The notes beneath the pieces were generated by a model. It was not told the origin of the DNA. It saw only the letters and a program-made list of their open reading frames with translations, and did not search any database. DNA of 64,000 bases. Source: Bacteroidia bacterium (GTDB lineage: Bacteria > Bacteroidota > Bacteroidia > Bacteroidales > JAPLDU01). Positions 9,784-18,938 of this stretch are shown here, in pieces. Position 1 is the stretch's first letter, and each line of letters opens with the position of its first letter. The translations under genes and the position numbers were made by a program. The DNA lies in assembly GCA_026391255.1 (NCBI GenBank), contig JAPLDU010000087.1, positions 348-64,347 on the forward strand, in the 5' to 3' direction.

Positions 9784-10542
9784 CTAATTGTTCACATTTT
9801 TCTTCTTTGAAAATACAAGGTAAAGAAAGAAAATTGCAATGAGGGATAAGATAATGGTGGCCGATACTTTCATGATATTAAACACGTACTTTTTCCCCTG
9901 CGGGTCGAAGCTGAAACAATACTGTAATACTTTGTTGATGGTAGGTGATGATTTGCCTTTTGCTGATTCAATGATTGCCATCTTCAAATCGAAGGGAAGA
10001 TAGGTTGTGCCATACAGGTAACGGGTTATTTTACCTGCCGGGCTCAGAACAATGAGTGTTGCGGCATGAATAAAATCCCTTCCCTGTTTTTTATATTTAA
10101 AACCAACACCATCGGTCAGCCTGGCAATGTTTGAACTATCAGCGGTAAAGAAACGCCATCCGTCATCCGGTACAGGTTTGGTCACCTGTTTTACATAATT
10201 CTTCCTTTTTGCTTTTGCCAGGTCTGATTTTTCAGAAGAGTTAAAACTGACAGACAGAACCTGGTAATCTTTACCTAACTTCAGGTCGCATCTGCTGATC
10301 ACTTCAGCCACACCGTCAAGCAGGGGGCTGCATATTCCAGGGCAGGTAAAATAAACCAGCGTCAGCACAGTAGGTTTATCGACCAGTTCGCCAAGCCTTA
10401 CATCCTTTCCGTTTTCATCCTGTAAAACAATATCCTTGGCTACAAACTGGTCCAGTTTTTCATAGATACCGATTTCCTGCTCCTGAGCCCGTAAGGAGTA
10501 CACGAGCAATATAGTCAGGCCGAAAAGAAATGGTTTTTTCAT
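9784..10542 (-). CDS. SCO1/SenC family copper chaperone (thioredoxin fold) with C-terminal TM anchor
   Basis: Signal peptide. Motif FTCPGICSP (CxxxC) and a downstream His (FIHAATLIVL). Directly upstream of ctaD. Confidence 0.85.
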   Translation of the reverse strand: MKKPFLFGLTILLVYSLRAQEQEIGIYEKLDQFVAKDIVLQDENGKDVRLGELVDKPTVLTLVYFTCPGICSPLLDGVAEVISRCDLKLGKDYQVLSVSFNSSEKSDLAKAKRKNYVKQVTKPVPDDGWRFFTADSSNIARLTDGVGFKYKKQGRDFIHAATLIVLSPAGKITRYLYGTTYLPFDLKMAIIESAKGKSSPTINKVLQYCFSFDPQGKKYVFNIMKVSATIILSLIAIFFLYLVFSKKKNVNN

Positions 10543-10584
10543 AGAAATAATTTTTACTATTCTGGTTTTTAAATCGCTAAATTT

Positions 10585-10923
10585 CAGGAATCAGGATGAA
10601 TTATGAGTTATGAGTTTCAGAGTTTCAGAGTTCCAGAGTTCCAGAGTTTCAGTGCTTCAGAGTTTCAGAGTTTCAGAGTTTCAAAGTTCCAGAGTTTCAA
10701 ATGTCACTTCGTCACTCAGTCGCCCCATCGCTTAGTTCGCTTAGTTCGCCCCGTCACTCAGTCACTTCGTCGCCTTATCGCTTAGTTCGCTTAGTTCGCC
10801 CTGTCGCTTAGTTCGCCCCGTCCCTCAGTCACTTGGTCGCCTCGTCGCTTAGTTCGCCCCGTCGCTTAGTTCGCTTCGTTCGCCTCGTCTCTTCGTCACA
10901 CTGTCTCTCAGTCACTCAGTCAC
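10585..10923 (+). repeat. Composite minisatellite, locus 2 (ATCAGGA; TTATGAG; CAGAGTTT/CAGAGTTC x~10; CGCTTAGTT/CGCCCCGT; CACTCAGT)
   Basis: Direct reading of tandem words. Fills the entire SCO1/OMP intergenic gap. Confidence 0.9.
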
Positions 10924-11724
10924 TTATTTAATCCCGATCATCACACCCAGCTTGACCGAGCCGCTTTGGTTTTTCAGGTTATATAGTGTGGCATCTTTAT
11001 AGATATTATTAAGCCCTGTCGTTAATCTCAGGTCGCAGAATATGTTTGCATCAAATGAACCAGATTCAAGTACAGGGTATGTATATCCGCAGCCAAATGA
11101 AAAACCAAAATCAGTAGAGTTCATGGAACTTTTAATGTCGTTATCAGAGCTTTGTGATCCCGGGATGGTGGATGATATTGTATTGACAGCCTTATTCAGG
11201 ATTCCGATGCATGGTCCTCCGTTTACGTAAAAATGATTGCTGCCGCCAAGGAAATATTTTACCATCACAGGAATGGTAATATATGTGAGTACGATATTTT
11301 GCTTTACATCATAACTGGGTGGAACATCTGCATAAGTTGTCTTTATGGTAAATCCTTTGGTTTCAAGATTCAGGTCGAGCTGAAATCCCAGTTTCTGGTC
11401 GATCATATATACCCCGAAAATGCCCATGTTGTACCTTGACCCGATGCTCCGGTGTTCAAGGACTCCCGTGACAATGGAAATAGTATAACCTCCCTGTATA
11501 CCGGCAAGTATTTTAGGTCCTTTTTTGCTGGAATGGCGTTTTTTTAATAATGCCTGGTCGGACAGAAAATTACTTTCCGCAATAGTCTTAATAAGGTTGT
11601 TGTGTGTAGTTAATAATGTAGATTTATCATTTCCTGACCCGGTCCCGGTTCCGGCGCTAAGTCTTAATGAGGATGAAGCCATTATTATAAGACAAAGCAC
11701 AGATAAAGAAATTATTTTTTTCAT
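10924..11724 (-). CDS. Outer-membrane beta-barrel (porin-family) protein
   Basis: Start chosen at the internal Met giving signal peptide MKKIISLSVLCLIIMASSSLRLSA. Alternating amphipathic strands and a Gly/Tyr-rich pattern. The track ORF extends to 11802. Confidence 0.6.
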   Translation of the reverse strand: MKKIISLSVLCLIIMASSSLRLSAGTGTGSGNDKSTLLTTHNNLIKTIAESNFLSDQALLKKRHSSKKGPKILAGIQGGYTISIVTGVLEHRSIGSRYNMGIFGVYMIDQKLGFQLDLNLETKGFTIKTTYADVPPSYDVKQNIVLTYITIPVMVKYFLGGSNHFYVNGGPCIGILNKAVNTISSTIPGSQSSDNDIKSSMNSTDFGFSFGCGYTYPVLESGSFDANIFCDLRLTTGLNNIYKDATLYNLKNQSGSVKLGVMIGIK

Positions 11725-12095
11725 ATTCCTTGATTTTATGTTTTGCCTCAAAAATAATAGAATTATGTTGCAAAACTTATTGATGGCTGAAAATTTTCGC
11801 AAAATGCTTCATTAGTTATTGTTCAGTTTATTTAGATTGGCGCTGAAGACTTTTTGCTTTTCAGTTTTCTTACCGCAGTCTTATGGCCTTTAGCATTTTT
11901 ACCGGATTTATCTTCATAAAATTATTTGCGGCGTTAGCGACTTTTGCGTTTAAATATTAAAGCGAAAGATGACAGGTTTCAATATTATCCCAGGTCTGCA
12001 ATAATAAAATTAGTTATTTTGTCAATTATTGATGTTATTCGAACACCATGATTTGATTTTACAAAGGAAATGCTCCTGAAACCCCCGGAATACCT

Positions 12096-13508
12096 ATGAG
12101 CAAAAAAGATCATCGTCCTCAGCAAATCATTGAGAAGGTGGAGATACTGGATGCAGTAGCCGAAGGTAAATCCATTGCAAGAATAGATGAGATGGTTGTA
12201 TTTGTGACAAATGCTGTTCCGGGTGATGTGGTTGACATTCGTATTACCAGAAAGAAAAAGAACTATATTGAAGGTATCCCTGTGAAATTTCATCATTATT
12301 CTGACATCAGGACAGAACCGAGGTGTGAACATTTTGGTCTTTGCGGAGGATGCAAATGGCAGAATATGATTTATTCCGAACAACTGCGCTATAAACAAAA
12401 ACAGGTACTGAGCGATTTTCAGCGTATTGGTAAGGTTGAGATGCCCGATGTAAAGCCTGTTATTCCTTCTCAGGATATTTACTTTTACCGGAACAAGCTC
12501 GATTATGCTTTCTCAAATTACCGTTGGATATATGAAAATGAGAACACTGAAAATTTTGCCCCCGAAGAATTTAATGCCCTGGGATTTCATATTCCCGGCC
12601 GTTTTGACCGTGTGTTTGACGTAAAATACTGCCATCTTCAGCCTTCGCCATCCAATGAGATCAGGCTTGCCATTAAAGATTATGCCGTTCGTAACCGGCT
12701 CACTTTCTTTGACCTGAAAAGAAATAACGGCTTCCTGAGAAATATTGTGATTCGAACTACCACCATTGGGGAAACCATGCTTATCGTGGCTTTCTATTAC
12801 GAGGACAAAAATGAAATTGACAAATTGATGGGCTTTATTTCCGGAGGATTTCCTTCAATCACTTCATTGATGTATGTGATCAACCCCAAAGGCAATGATA
12901 CTTTCTTTGACCTTGAGGTAAGACTGTTTGCAGGTCATGATTACATAACCGAGGAAATGGAAGGTCTAAAATTCAGGATAGGACCCAAATCTTTTTATCA
13001 GACCAATTCAATGCAGGCTCTCAGGTTGTTCTATGTCGCAAGGGAGTTTGCCGGATTGAGTGGCGCTGAAACTGTGTACGACCTGTATTCCGGTACCGGT
13101 ACGATTGCTAATTTCATTTCATCTGATGCAACTAAAGTGATCGGTGTAGAAAATATTCCCGAAGCAGTGGAAGATGCCCGTGTCAATTCCCGGATCAATG
13201 GAATTCAAAATACTACGTTTTTTAAGGGAAATATTGAAGATGTGCTCACCGATCAGTTTTTCTCGGAGAATGGATTCCCTGATGTGATCATTGCGGATCC
13301 ACCGAGGGTTGGCTTACATCCGGCGGTAGTGAAAGCTCTCCTGAAATCATCCGCACCTAAAATAGTCTATGTCAGTTGTAACTCTGCCACCCAGGCCCGC
13401 GATGCATCAATGCTCAACGAAAAATACAGGCTTACAGCCATTCAGCCCGTCGATATGTTTCCTCATACTCATCATGTAGAAAATGTCATTCTCCTTGAGA
13501 TGAAATAA
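12096..13508 (+). CDS. rlmD: 23S rRNA (uracil-5-)-methyltransferase RlmD/RumA family (TRAM domain, 4Fe-4S Cys motif, SAM-MTase)
   Basis: N-terminal TRAM-like region. Cys motif CEHFGLCGGCKWQ. SAM motif YDLYSGTGTI. Also DPPR.G and the catalytic region YVSCNSATQARD. Confidence 0.85.
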   Translation: MSKKDHRPQQIIEKVEILDAVAEGKSIARIDEMVVFVTNAVPGDVVDIRITRKKKNYIEGIPVKFHHYSDIRTEPRCEHFGLCGGCKWQNMIYSEQLRYKQKQVLSDFQRIGKVEMPDVKPVIPSQDIYFYRNKLDYAFSNYRWIYENENTENFAPEEFNALGFHIPGRFDRVFDVKYCHLQPSPSNEIRLAIKDYAVRNRLTFFDLKRNNGFLRNIVIRTTTIGETMLIVAFYYEDKNEIDKLMGFISGGFPSITSLMYVINPKGNDTFFDLEVRLFAGHDYITEEMEGLKFRIGPKSFYQTNSMQALRLFYVAREFAGLSGAETVYDLYSGTGTIANFISSDATKVIGVENIPEAVEDARVNSRINGIQNTTFFKGNIEDVLTDQFFSENGFPDVIIADPPRVGLHPAVVKALLKSSAPKIVYVSCNSATQARDASMLNEKYRLTAIQPVDMFPHTHHVENVILLEMK

Positions 13509-13525
13509 TCCCGGAATTTTTTTGG

Positions 13526-13936
13526 AATCAGGTATCAAGTATCAAGTATCAGGATGAGGAATGAGTGAAAAAGTTCCAGAGTTCCAATGTTTCAGAGTTC
13601 CAATGTTTCAGTGTTCCAATGTTTCAGTGTTCCAAAGTTTCAGTGTTTCAGAGTTTCAAAAGTCTCTTTGTTACTTAGGCGCTTAAGACAGCAAACTTAC
13701 CAACATGTTGTCGCTAATCTTATTCCCGTGAAACGGATTTAATTTTCAAATTTGCACATTTTCAAATTAATTTAGTCCCTTCGTCCCTCAGTCTCCCCGT
13801 CCCTTCGTTCGCCCCGTCGCTTCGTTCGCTTCGTTCGCTTCGTTCGCTTCGTTCGCTTTGTTCGCTTCGTTCGCTTCGTTCGCTTCGTTCGCCCCGTCGC
13901 TTAGTTCGCTTCGTTCGCCATGTCGTCACCTCATCA
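13526..13936 (+). repeat. Composite minisatellite, locus 3, with a unique ~120-bp core (13670-13790) between the CAGAGTT-type and CGCTTCGTT-type arrays
   Basis: (ATCAAGT)n, (TTCCAATGTTTCAG)n, the core, then (CGCTTCGTT) x~10. The core recurs at 18735-18850. Confidence 0.9.
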
Positions 13937-14012
13937 CAAAACCAATTTCGGTTTGATAAATAACAATGTTGCTGATAAAATTGTAATTTTGCACTTTAAA
14001 TATATTAGGAAT

Positions 14013-15737
14013 ATGAAAAAAGTTTTATTTTTTTCCTGCATGATTCTGCTTCCCTGGTTCATACGGGCACAGAGCATAGTAATCAATGAACTGATGGCAA
14101 AAAACAATTCCACGATTACGGATAACATGGGTGAATACGATGATTGGTTTGAAATTTACAATTATGGTCTTACAACGGTAGATATCGGAGGTTTTTATGT
14201 GACCGACAGTTTGCCGGACCCAAGTAAGTATTTGATCCCTACCGGGAATGATGCCACAAAAATTGCTCCGGGCGGATTCCTGCTGATATGGGCCGATAGT
14301 CAGCCTGAACAGGGGGTGTTGCACGTTGGTTTTAAATTAAGCGCTTCCGGCGAACAGCTTGGTATCTTCAAACCGGATCTGACGGTAATTGACCAGGTAA
14401 CATTCAGCGCCCAGAATGCTGACGTTTCTTACGGAAGGCTCACTGATAATTCGCCCACCTGGGGATTTCTGCCAAGCCCGTCGCCGGGCTGGTCCAATAA
14501 CCCGGATTATATTTATCTTTCAACCGATTCAGTAAATCTGAGTTCGGTGAATGGGAGTAATGCTGTGATTGTGGTTCATTCCAATGTTGCATGGACTGCT
14601 TCGTCAAACCAGGGCTGGCTGAGTGTTGCACCATCAGGTGGTACCGGTATTTTACAGGTTACTGTGACTGCCACGGCCAATACTTCTGTCAGTTCACGTA
14701 CTGCCACAGTCACATTCCAGGCTTCCGGCGCAACTACGCAAATACTTACAGTCAACCAGATCGGTGACATTCCCTTACTGGAAGTATCTGACAATTCTGT
14801 GACGTTAGATTATCATGCCAACAGTACAGCGACCGTTGACATCTTTTCAAATATCAGCTGGACTACCAGCAGTGACCATGCCTGGTTACAGGCTACGCCT
14901 TCAGGCGGATCTAACAGCGGGACTCTTACACTGACAATTACTTCCCAGAATCCTGCAAGTATCAACAGGGTGGCAACTCTTACCATTTCCGGGCCAGGTG
15001 TGACTGACAAAACAATATCGGTTACCCAATTAGGTACACCTGCCCTTCCTACGATTGTTATCAATGAGCTTATGTCAAGTAATAGCAGTGTAATTACCGA
15101 TAATCACGGGGAATACGAAGACTGGGTAGAAATATTCAACTTTGGCTCAGCGCCGGTCAACCTGGCCGGACTGTATTTTACCAATAACCTGCTGGAACCG
15201 CTCAAATACCAGATGCCTTCAGGGAATGATTCCACAATTCTGGCCGCGGGAGAATTCAAAGTGCTTTGGGCTGACAATAATACAGCACAGGGAATTCTTC
15301 ACCTCAATTTCAAGCTGAGCCAGAGTGGCGATTATTTTGGCATCTATCTTTCTGCAGATTATGTGATTGACAGTATTAGTTTTCCATTTATTGCAACCAA
15401 TACTTCCTACGGAAGATATCCGGACAACTCAGGTACCTGGTATGGATTTTACGATCCGACACCAGGCGCTACCAATATCTTAAAAGTTGAAGAATACAAG
15501 GGCAGCGACCTCAGATTATTTCCTGATCCGGTAAGCGAAAACCTGAATATTGACATGGGAAATGCATCAGACGCAACAGTTGAGATTATAGATTTTTCAG
15601 GTAAAACAGTCCTTTCAGGAAATTACCATGAAAACCTGGTTCAGGTCAATGTCAGCAACCTTACCGGCGGAATCTACATGATCAGGATAAAAAATGCCGG
15701 GACCATTTATTGTGGGAAAATCATCATTGACAGGTAG
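14013..15737 (+). CDS. Secreted protein with two lamin-tail (LTD) domains, two BACON-like domains and a T9SS C-terminal sorting domain
   Basis: Signal peptide at the internal Met (MKKVLFFSCMILLPWFIRAQS). LTD signature INELM..N......D..GEY.DW.EI.N occurs twice. BACON-like W.ASS...WL...PSGG.G...L.V.... occurs twice. CTD LFPDPVSENLNIDM...GGIYMIRIKN. Confidence 0.75.
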   Translation: MKKVLFFSCMILLPWFIRAQSIVINELMAKNNSTITDNMGEYDDWFEIYNYGLTTVDIGGFYVTDSLPDPSKYLIPTGNDATKIAPGGFLLIWADSQPEQGVLHVGFKLSASGEQLGIFKPDLTVIDQVTFSAQNADVSYGRLTDNSPTWGFLPSPSPGWSNNPDYIYLSTDSVNLSSVNGSNAVIVVHSNVAWTASSNQGWLSVAPSGGTGILQVTVTATANTSVSSRTATVTFQASGATTQILTVNQIGDIPLLEVSDNSVTLDYHANSTATVDIFSNISWTTSSDHAWLQATPSGGSNSGTLTLTITSQNPASINRVATLTISGPGVTDKTISVTQLGTPALPTIVINELMSSNSSVITDNHGEYEDWVEIFNFGSAPVNLAGLYFTNNLLEPLKYQMPSGNDSTILAAGEFKVLWADNNTAQGILHLNFKLSQSGDYFGIYLSADYVIDSISFPFIATNTSYGRYPDNSGTWYGFYDPTPGATNILKVEEYKGSDLRLFPDPVSENLNIDMGNASDATVEIIDFSGKTVLSGNYHENLVQVNVSNLTGGIYMIRIKNAGTIYCGKIIIDR

Positions 15738-15883
15738 ACTATTAGGCTGAAGACTTTTAGACTGTAGGGTTTTCATTTAAGGATTTTATTAAACCTAACA
15801 GCCTACAGTCTTATAGTCTAAAGTCTAAATGACCTGAATATCTAAAAGTTTACAAGTTAATTAATTCAATAGGAGAATCAATC

Positions 15884-18703
15884 ATGGCAAAAGATAAAGA
15901 GAAAAGCAAAAAAAGAAAGTATGTTTATTATTTCGGCGGGAAAAAAGCAGAAGGTGAAGCCGGAATGAAAAACCTTTTGGGCGGCAAAGGCGCAAATCTT
16001 GCAGAAATGGTAAATATCGGACTTCCCGTTCCTGCAGGATTTACCATCACTACCGAAGTATGTACAGCCTATTATGATAACAATAAAAAATATCCTTCAG
16101 AACTTAAAAAACAGGTACTGGATGCTTTAAAAATGACCGAGGCAGAAATGGATGCAAAATTTGGAGATAAAAAGAATCCCCTGCTTGTATCTGTCCGTTC
16201 CGGAGCCCGCAGTTCCATGCCGGGAATGATGGAAACCGTCCTGAATGTAGGTTTGAATAATGAAACCCGCGAGGGACTGATAAAGAAGACAAATAATGCC
16301 CGCTTTGTATATGACAGCCAGCGCAGACTGATACAGATGTACAGCGATGTGGTCATGGAAAAAGCTGCAGGCATAGAAACTGAAGAAGGTAAAGGAGTGA
16401 GAGTTCAGTTAGAACATGAACTGGAAAAAATGAAAAAGGCCCGCAAGGCTAAAGACGATACTGATCTTACGGCAGATGATCTGAAGGCGCTGATTGAGAT
16501 TTACAAGAAAAAAGTAAAACAGGTATTAGGAAAACCATTCCCGGAAGATCCCATGGAGCAATTGTGGGGCGCCATTGGCGCTGTGTTCCAGAGCTGGATG
16601 GGCAGGCGTGCTATTGCCTACAGGCGTATCGAAAGTATTCCAGATAACTGGGGTACTGCAGTTACCGTTCAAAGCATGGTTTTCGGAAATATGGGCGATA
16701 CATCTGCAACCGGTGTTGCTTTTACCCGTAACCCCGCCACCGGTGATAATTATTTCTACGGTGAATGGCTGCCCAATGCACAGGGAGAGGATGTGGTGGC
16801 AGGTATCCGCACTCCCAACCCGATCAACGAAATTGGGAAATCAGAACATACCGGCCACCTCAAATCCCTGGAAAAAGCCATGCCAAAAGCATATAAACAG
16901 CTTGATGCAATCCAGAAATCACTTGGAATTCATTACCATGACATGCTTGATATTGAATTTACCATACAGGACCAAAAGCTTTATATGTTACAATGCCGTA
17001 TCGGCAAACGAAACGGGACGGCTGCTGTGAAGATGGCCCTTGATATGCTGAAGGAAAAACTGATTGATGAAAAAACAGCCGTAATGCGTGTTGCTCCTTC
17101 CCAGTTGGAAGAGTTGCTTTTTCCTCTGCTTGATCCAAAAGCAGAAGTCAAAGCCGGCGCTCTGTGCAAGGGATTGCCAGCCGGCCCGGGCGGTGCAGTG
17201 GGGAAAATCGTTCTTACCGCAGCCGACGCAGTGGAAGCAGTAAAGAAAGATAAATCGGCAAAAGTGATATTAGTCCGTGAAGAAACCAACCCGGAAGATA
17301 TTGAAGGGATGCGTGCTGCACAGGCAGTTCTTACTGCCCGCGGGGGAATGACATCACATGCCGCACTGGTAGCCCGCGGATGGGGTAAATGCTGTATTGT
17401 CGGCGCTGCCGATGTTAAGATTGATTTTACTACCCGTACAGTACACATTAAGGGCGAAGTGCTGAAAGAAGGCGACTGGATTTCACTCAATGGTACCAAA
17501 GGTACTGTTTACAAAGGACAACTTTCGACAGTGAGCGCTACCGAGAACCAGGACCTCGTGAAATTCATGAAAATAATTGATAAATACCGTCGCCTTAAAG
17601 TACGTACAAATGCTGATACTCCTGAAGATGCAAAGAAAGCACGCGAATTCGGCGCCGAGGGAATTGGTTTGTTCCGTACCGAACACATGTTCTATGGAAA
17701 ACACAGCGAGAAACCCCTGTTTTTCCTGCGTAAAATGATTATTTCTTCTACCGAGGCAGAAAGACGTGCAGCCCTTGATGAGCTTTTCCCATATGTTAAA
17801 AAAGATGTAAAAGGAACGCTGATAGCCATGGACGGACTCCCCGTCACTTTCCGCACTCTCGATCCTCCGCTTCATGAATTTGTTCCGGAACAAAGAGCAG
17901 AACGTGAAAAACTTGCCAGAGCGCTTAAAATCAGTATGAGCCAGTTTCGGGAAAGAGCTGATAAACTTCACGAAGTAAACCCGATGATGGGACACCGCGG
18001 TGTGCGGCTCGGTATTACCTATCCTGAGATTACTGAAATGCAGATCAGGGCAATATTTGAAGCAACTGCTGAACTGCTTATCGCTGGTAAGAAGCCCTTC
18101 CCCGAGATCATGATCCCCGTTACCTGCATTGAAACTGAACTTGCCCACCAGTACGAAATATTCAATAAAGTATACCCCGAGGTTTGTAAGAAATTCAAAT
18201 TAAAGGAAATACCACATCTGATCGGAACTATGATTGAAATTCCGCGTGCAGCGCTGGCCGCAGCTAAAATTGCTGAATATGCACAGTTCTTCTCCTTTGG
18301 TACCAACGATCTTACCCAGATGACCTTTGGCTTCAGCCGCGATGATGTGAGTTCATTTATGGGTGATTACCTCAGCAAAAAGATTCTCAAAGTGGATCCA
18401 TTCCAGATTCTCGACCAGGACACTGTGGGTGAACTGATGAAAATCGCCTGTGATCGCGGACGTAAAACACGGCCGGGTATTAAATTAGGTATTTGTGGTG
18501 AGCATGGAGGCGAACCTTCTTCTGTTGAGTTCTGCCATCGCTTGGGACTTACATACGTGAGCTGTTCACCATTCCGTGTGCCTATTGCCCGCCTGGCCGC
18601 TGCTCAGGCTGCCATCAGGGACTTACCTGCCGGTAAAGATCCAGCATCAAAAAAGAATAAAAAAGCAAAATCAACTGGTAAGATAAAATCAAAGAAAAAA
18701 TAA
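15884..18703 (+). CDS. ppdK: Pyruvate, phosphate dikinase
   Basis: GGKGANLAEM, catalytic His loop GGMTSHAALVARGWGKCCIVG, PEP-utilising C-terminal motifs (FFSFGTNDLTQ, GICGEHGG). Confidence 0.95.
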   Translation: MAKDKEKSKKRKYVYYFGGKKAEGEAGMKNLLGGKGANLAEMVNIGLPVPAGFTITTEVCTAYYDNNKKYPSELKKQVLDALKMTEAEMDAKFGDKKNPLLVSVRSGARSSMPGMMETVLNVGLNNETREGLIKKTNNARFVYDSQRRLIQMYSDVVMEKAAGIETEEGKGVRVQLEHELEKMKKARKAKDDTDLTADDLKALIEIYKKKVKQVLGKPFPEDPMEQLWGAIGAVFQSWMGRRAIAYRRIESIPDNWGTAVTVQSMVFGNMGDTSATGVAFTRNPATGDNYFYGEWLPNAQGEDVVAGIRTPNPINEIGKSEHTGHLKSLEKAMPKAYKQLDAIQKSLGIHYHDMLDIEFTIQDQKLYMLQCRIGKRNGTAAVKMALDMLKEKLIDEKTAVMRVAPSQLEELLFPLLDPKAEVKAGALCKGLPAGPGGAVGKIVLTAADAVEAVKKDKSAKVILVREETNPEDIEGMRAAQAVLTARGGMTSHAALVARGWGKCCIVGAADVKIDFTTRTVHIKGEVLKEGDWISLNGTKGTVYKGQLSTVSATENQDLVKFMKIIDKYRRLKVRTNADTPEDAKKAREFGAEGIGLFRTEHMFYGKHSEKPLFFLRKMIISSTEAERRAALDELFPYVKKDVKGTLIAMDGLPVTFRTLDPPLHEFVPEQRAEREKLARALKISMSQFRERADKLHEVNPMMGHRGVRLGITYPEITEMQIRAIFEATAELLIAGKKPFPEIMIPVTCIETELAHQYEIFNKVYPEVCKKFKLKEIPHLIGTMIEIPRAALAAAKIAEYAQFFSFGTNDLTQMTFGFSRDDVSSFMGDYLSKKILKVDPFQILDQDTVGELMKIACDRGRKTRPGIKLGICGEHGGEPSSVEFCHRLGLTYVSCSPFRVPIARLAAAQAAIRDLPAGKDPASKKNKKAKSTGKIKSKKK

Positions 18704-18734
18704 TATTCCATCGAAACAAAGGCACCTTTACAGG

Positions 18735-18850
18735 TACTTAAGACAGCTAACTTACCAACATGTTATCGCTAATCTTTTTCCCGCGAAAAGATTTTAATCC
18801 GCCTCAGGTGGATCAAATTTTCAAATTAATTCAGCGCCTAAGTTGCATAA
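18735..18850 (+). repeat. Second copy of the ~115-bp core element seen inside minisatellite locus 3
   Basis: cttaagacagc[t/a]aacttaccaacatgtt[a/g]tcgctaatctt..ttcccg.gaaa...attttcaaattaatt aligns with 13680-13785. Terminal gcgcctaagt is the inverse of acttaggcgc at 13671-13680. Confidence 0.7.
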
Positions 18851-18938
18851 TACGCAACCATTAATCGTCTATTATTGTTATTGGTTTATTGAATTGATCG
18901 GAATGCATTAATTTTGATGTTTATTATTTTTTTTCAGG

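Noticed and set aside
11985-12398. 137-aa minus-strand ORF overlapping the rlmD start
   Set aside because: It overlaps the well-supported rlmD coding region in antisense and has no recognisable motifs.
13920-14012. N-terminal extensions of track ORFs (13920, 11802, 22517, 23986, 27431, 28496, 37310, 42166, 44902, 51471)
   Set aside because: The extensions run into repeats or intergenic DNA or use non-ATG starts. Internal Met codons give canonical signal peptides or conserved N-termini, so the shorter coordinates were used.
15740-15830. Hairpin agactgtagg ... cctacagtct after the LTD/BACON gene as a terminator
   Set aside because: The 10-bp stem has a ~30-nt loop and no T-run. It is built from the same TAGACT/AGTCTT low-complexity words seen in other spacers, so its function is uncertain and it was not annotated.
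16981-18148. Long antisense ORFs within ppdK (16981-17499, 17483-18148). Similar ones lie in dnaE (40523-41080), coxB (490-957), the adhesin genes (3039-3560, 2469-2732) and ctaD.
   Set aside because: These are shadow ORFs opposite strongly supported genes, with no motifs of their own.
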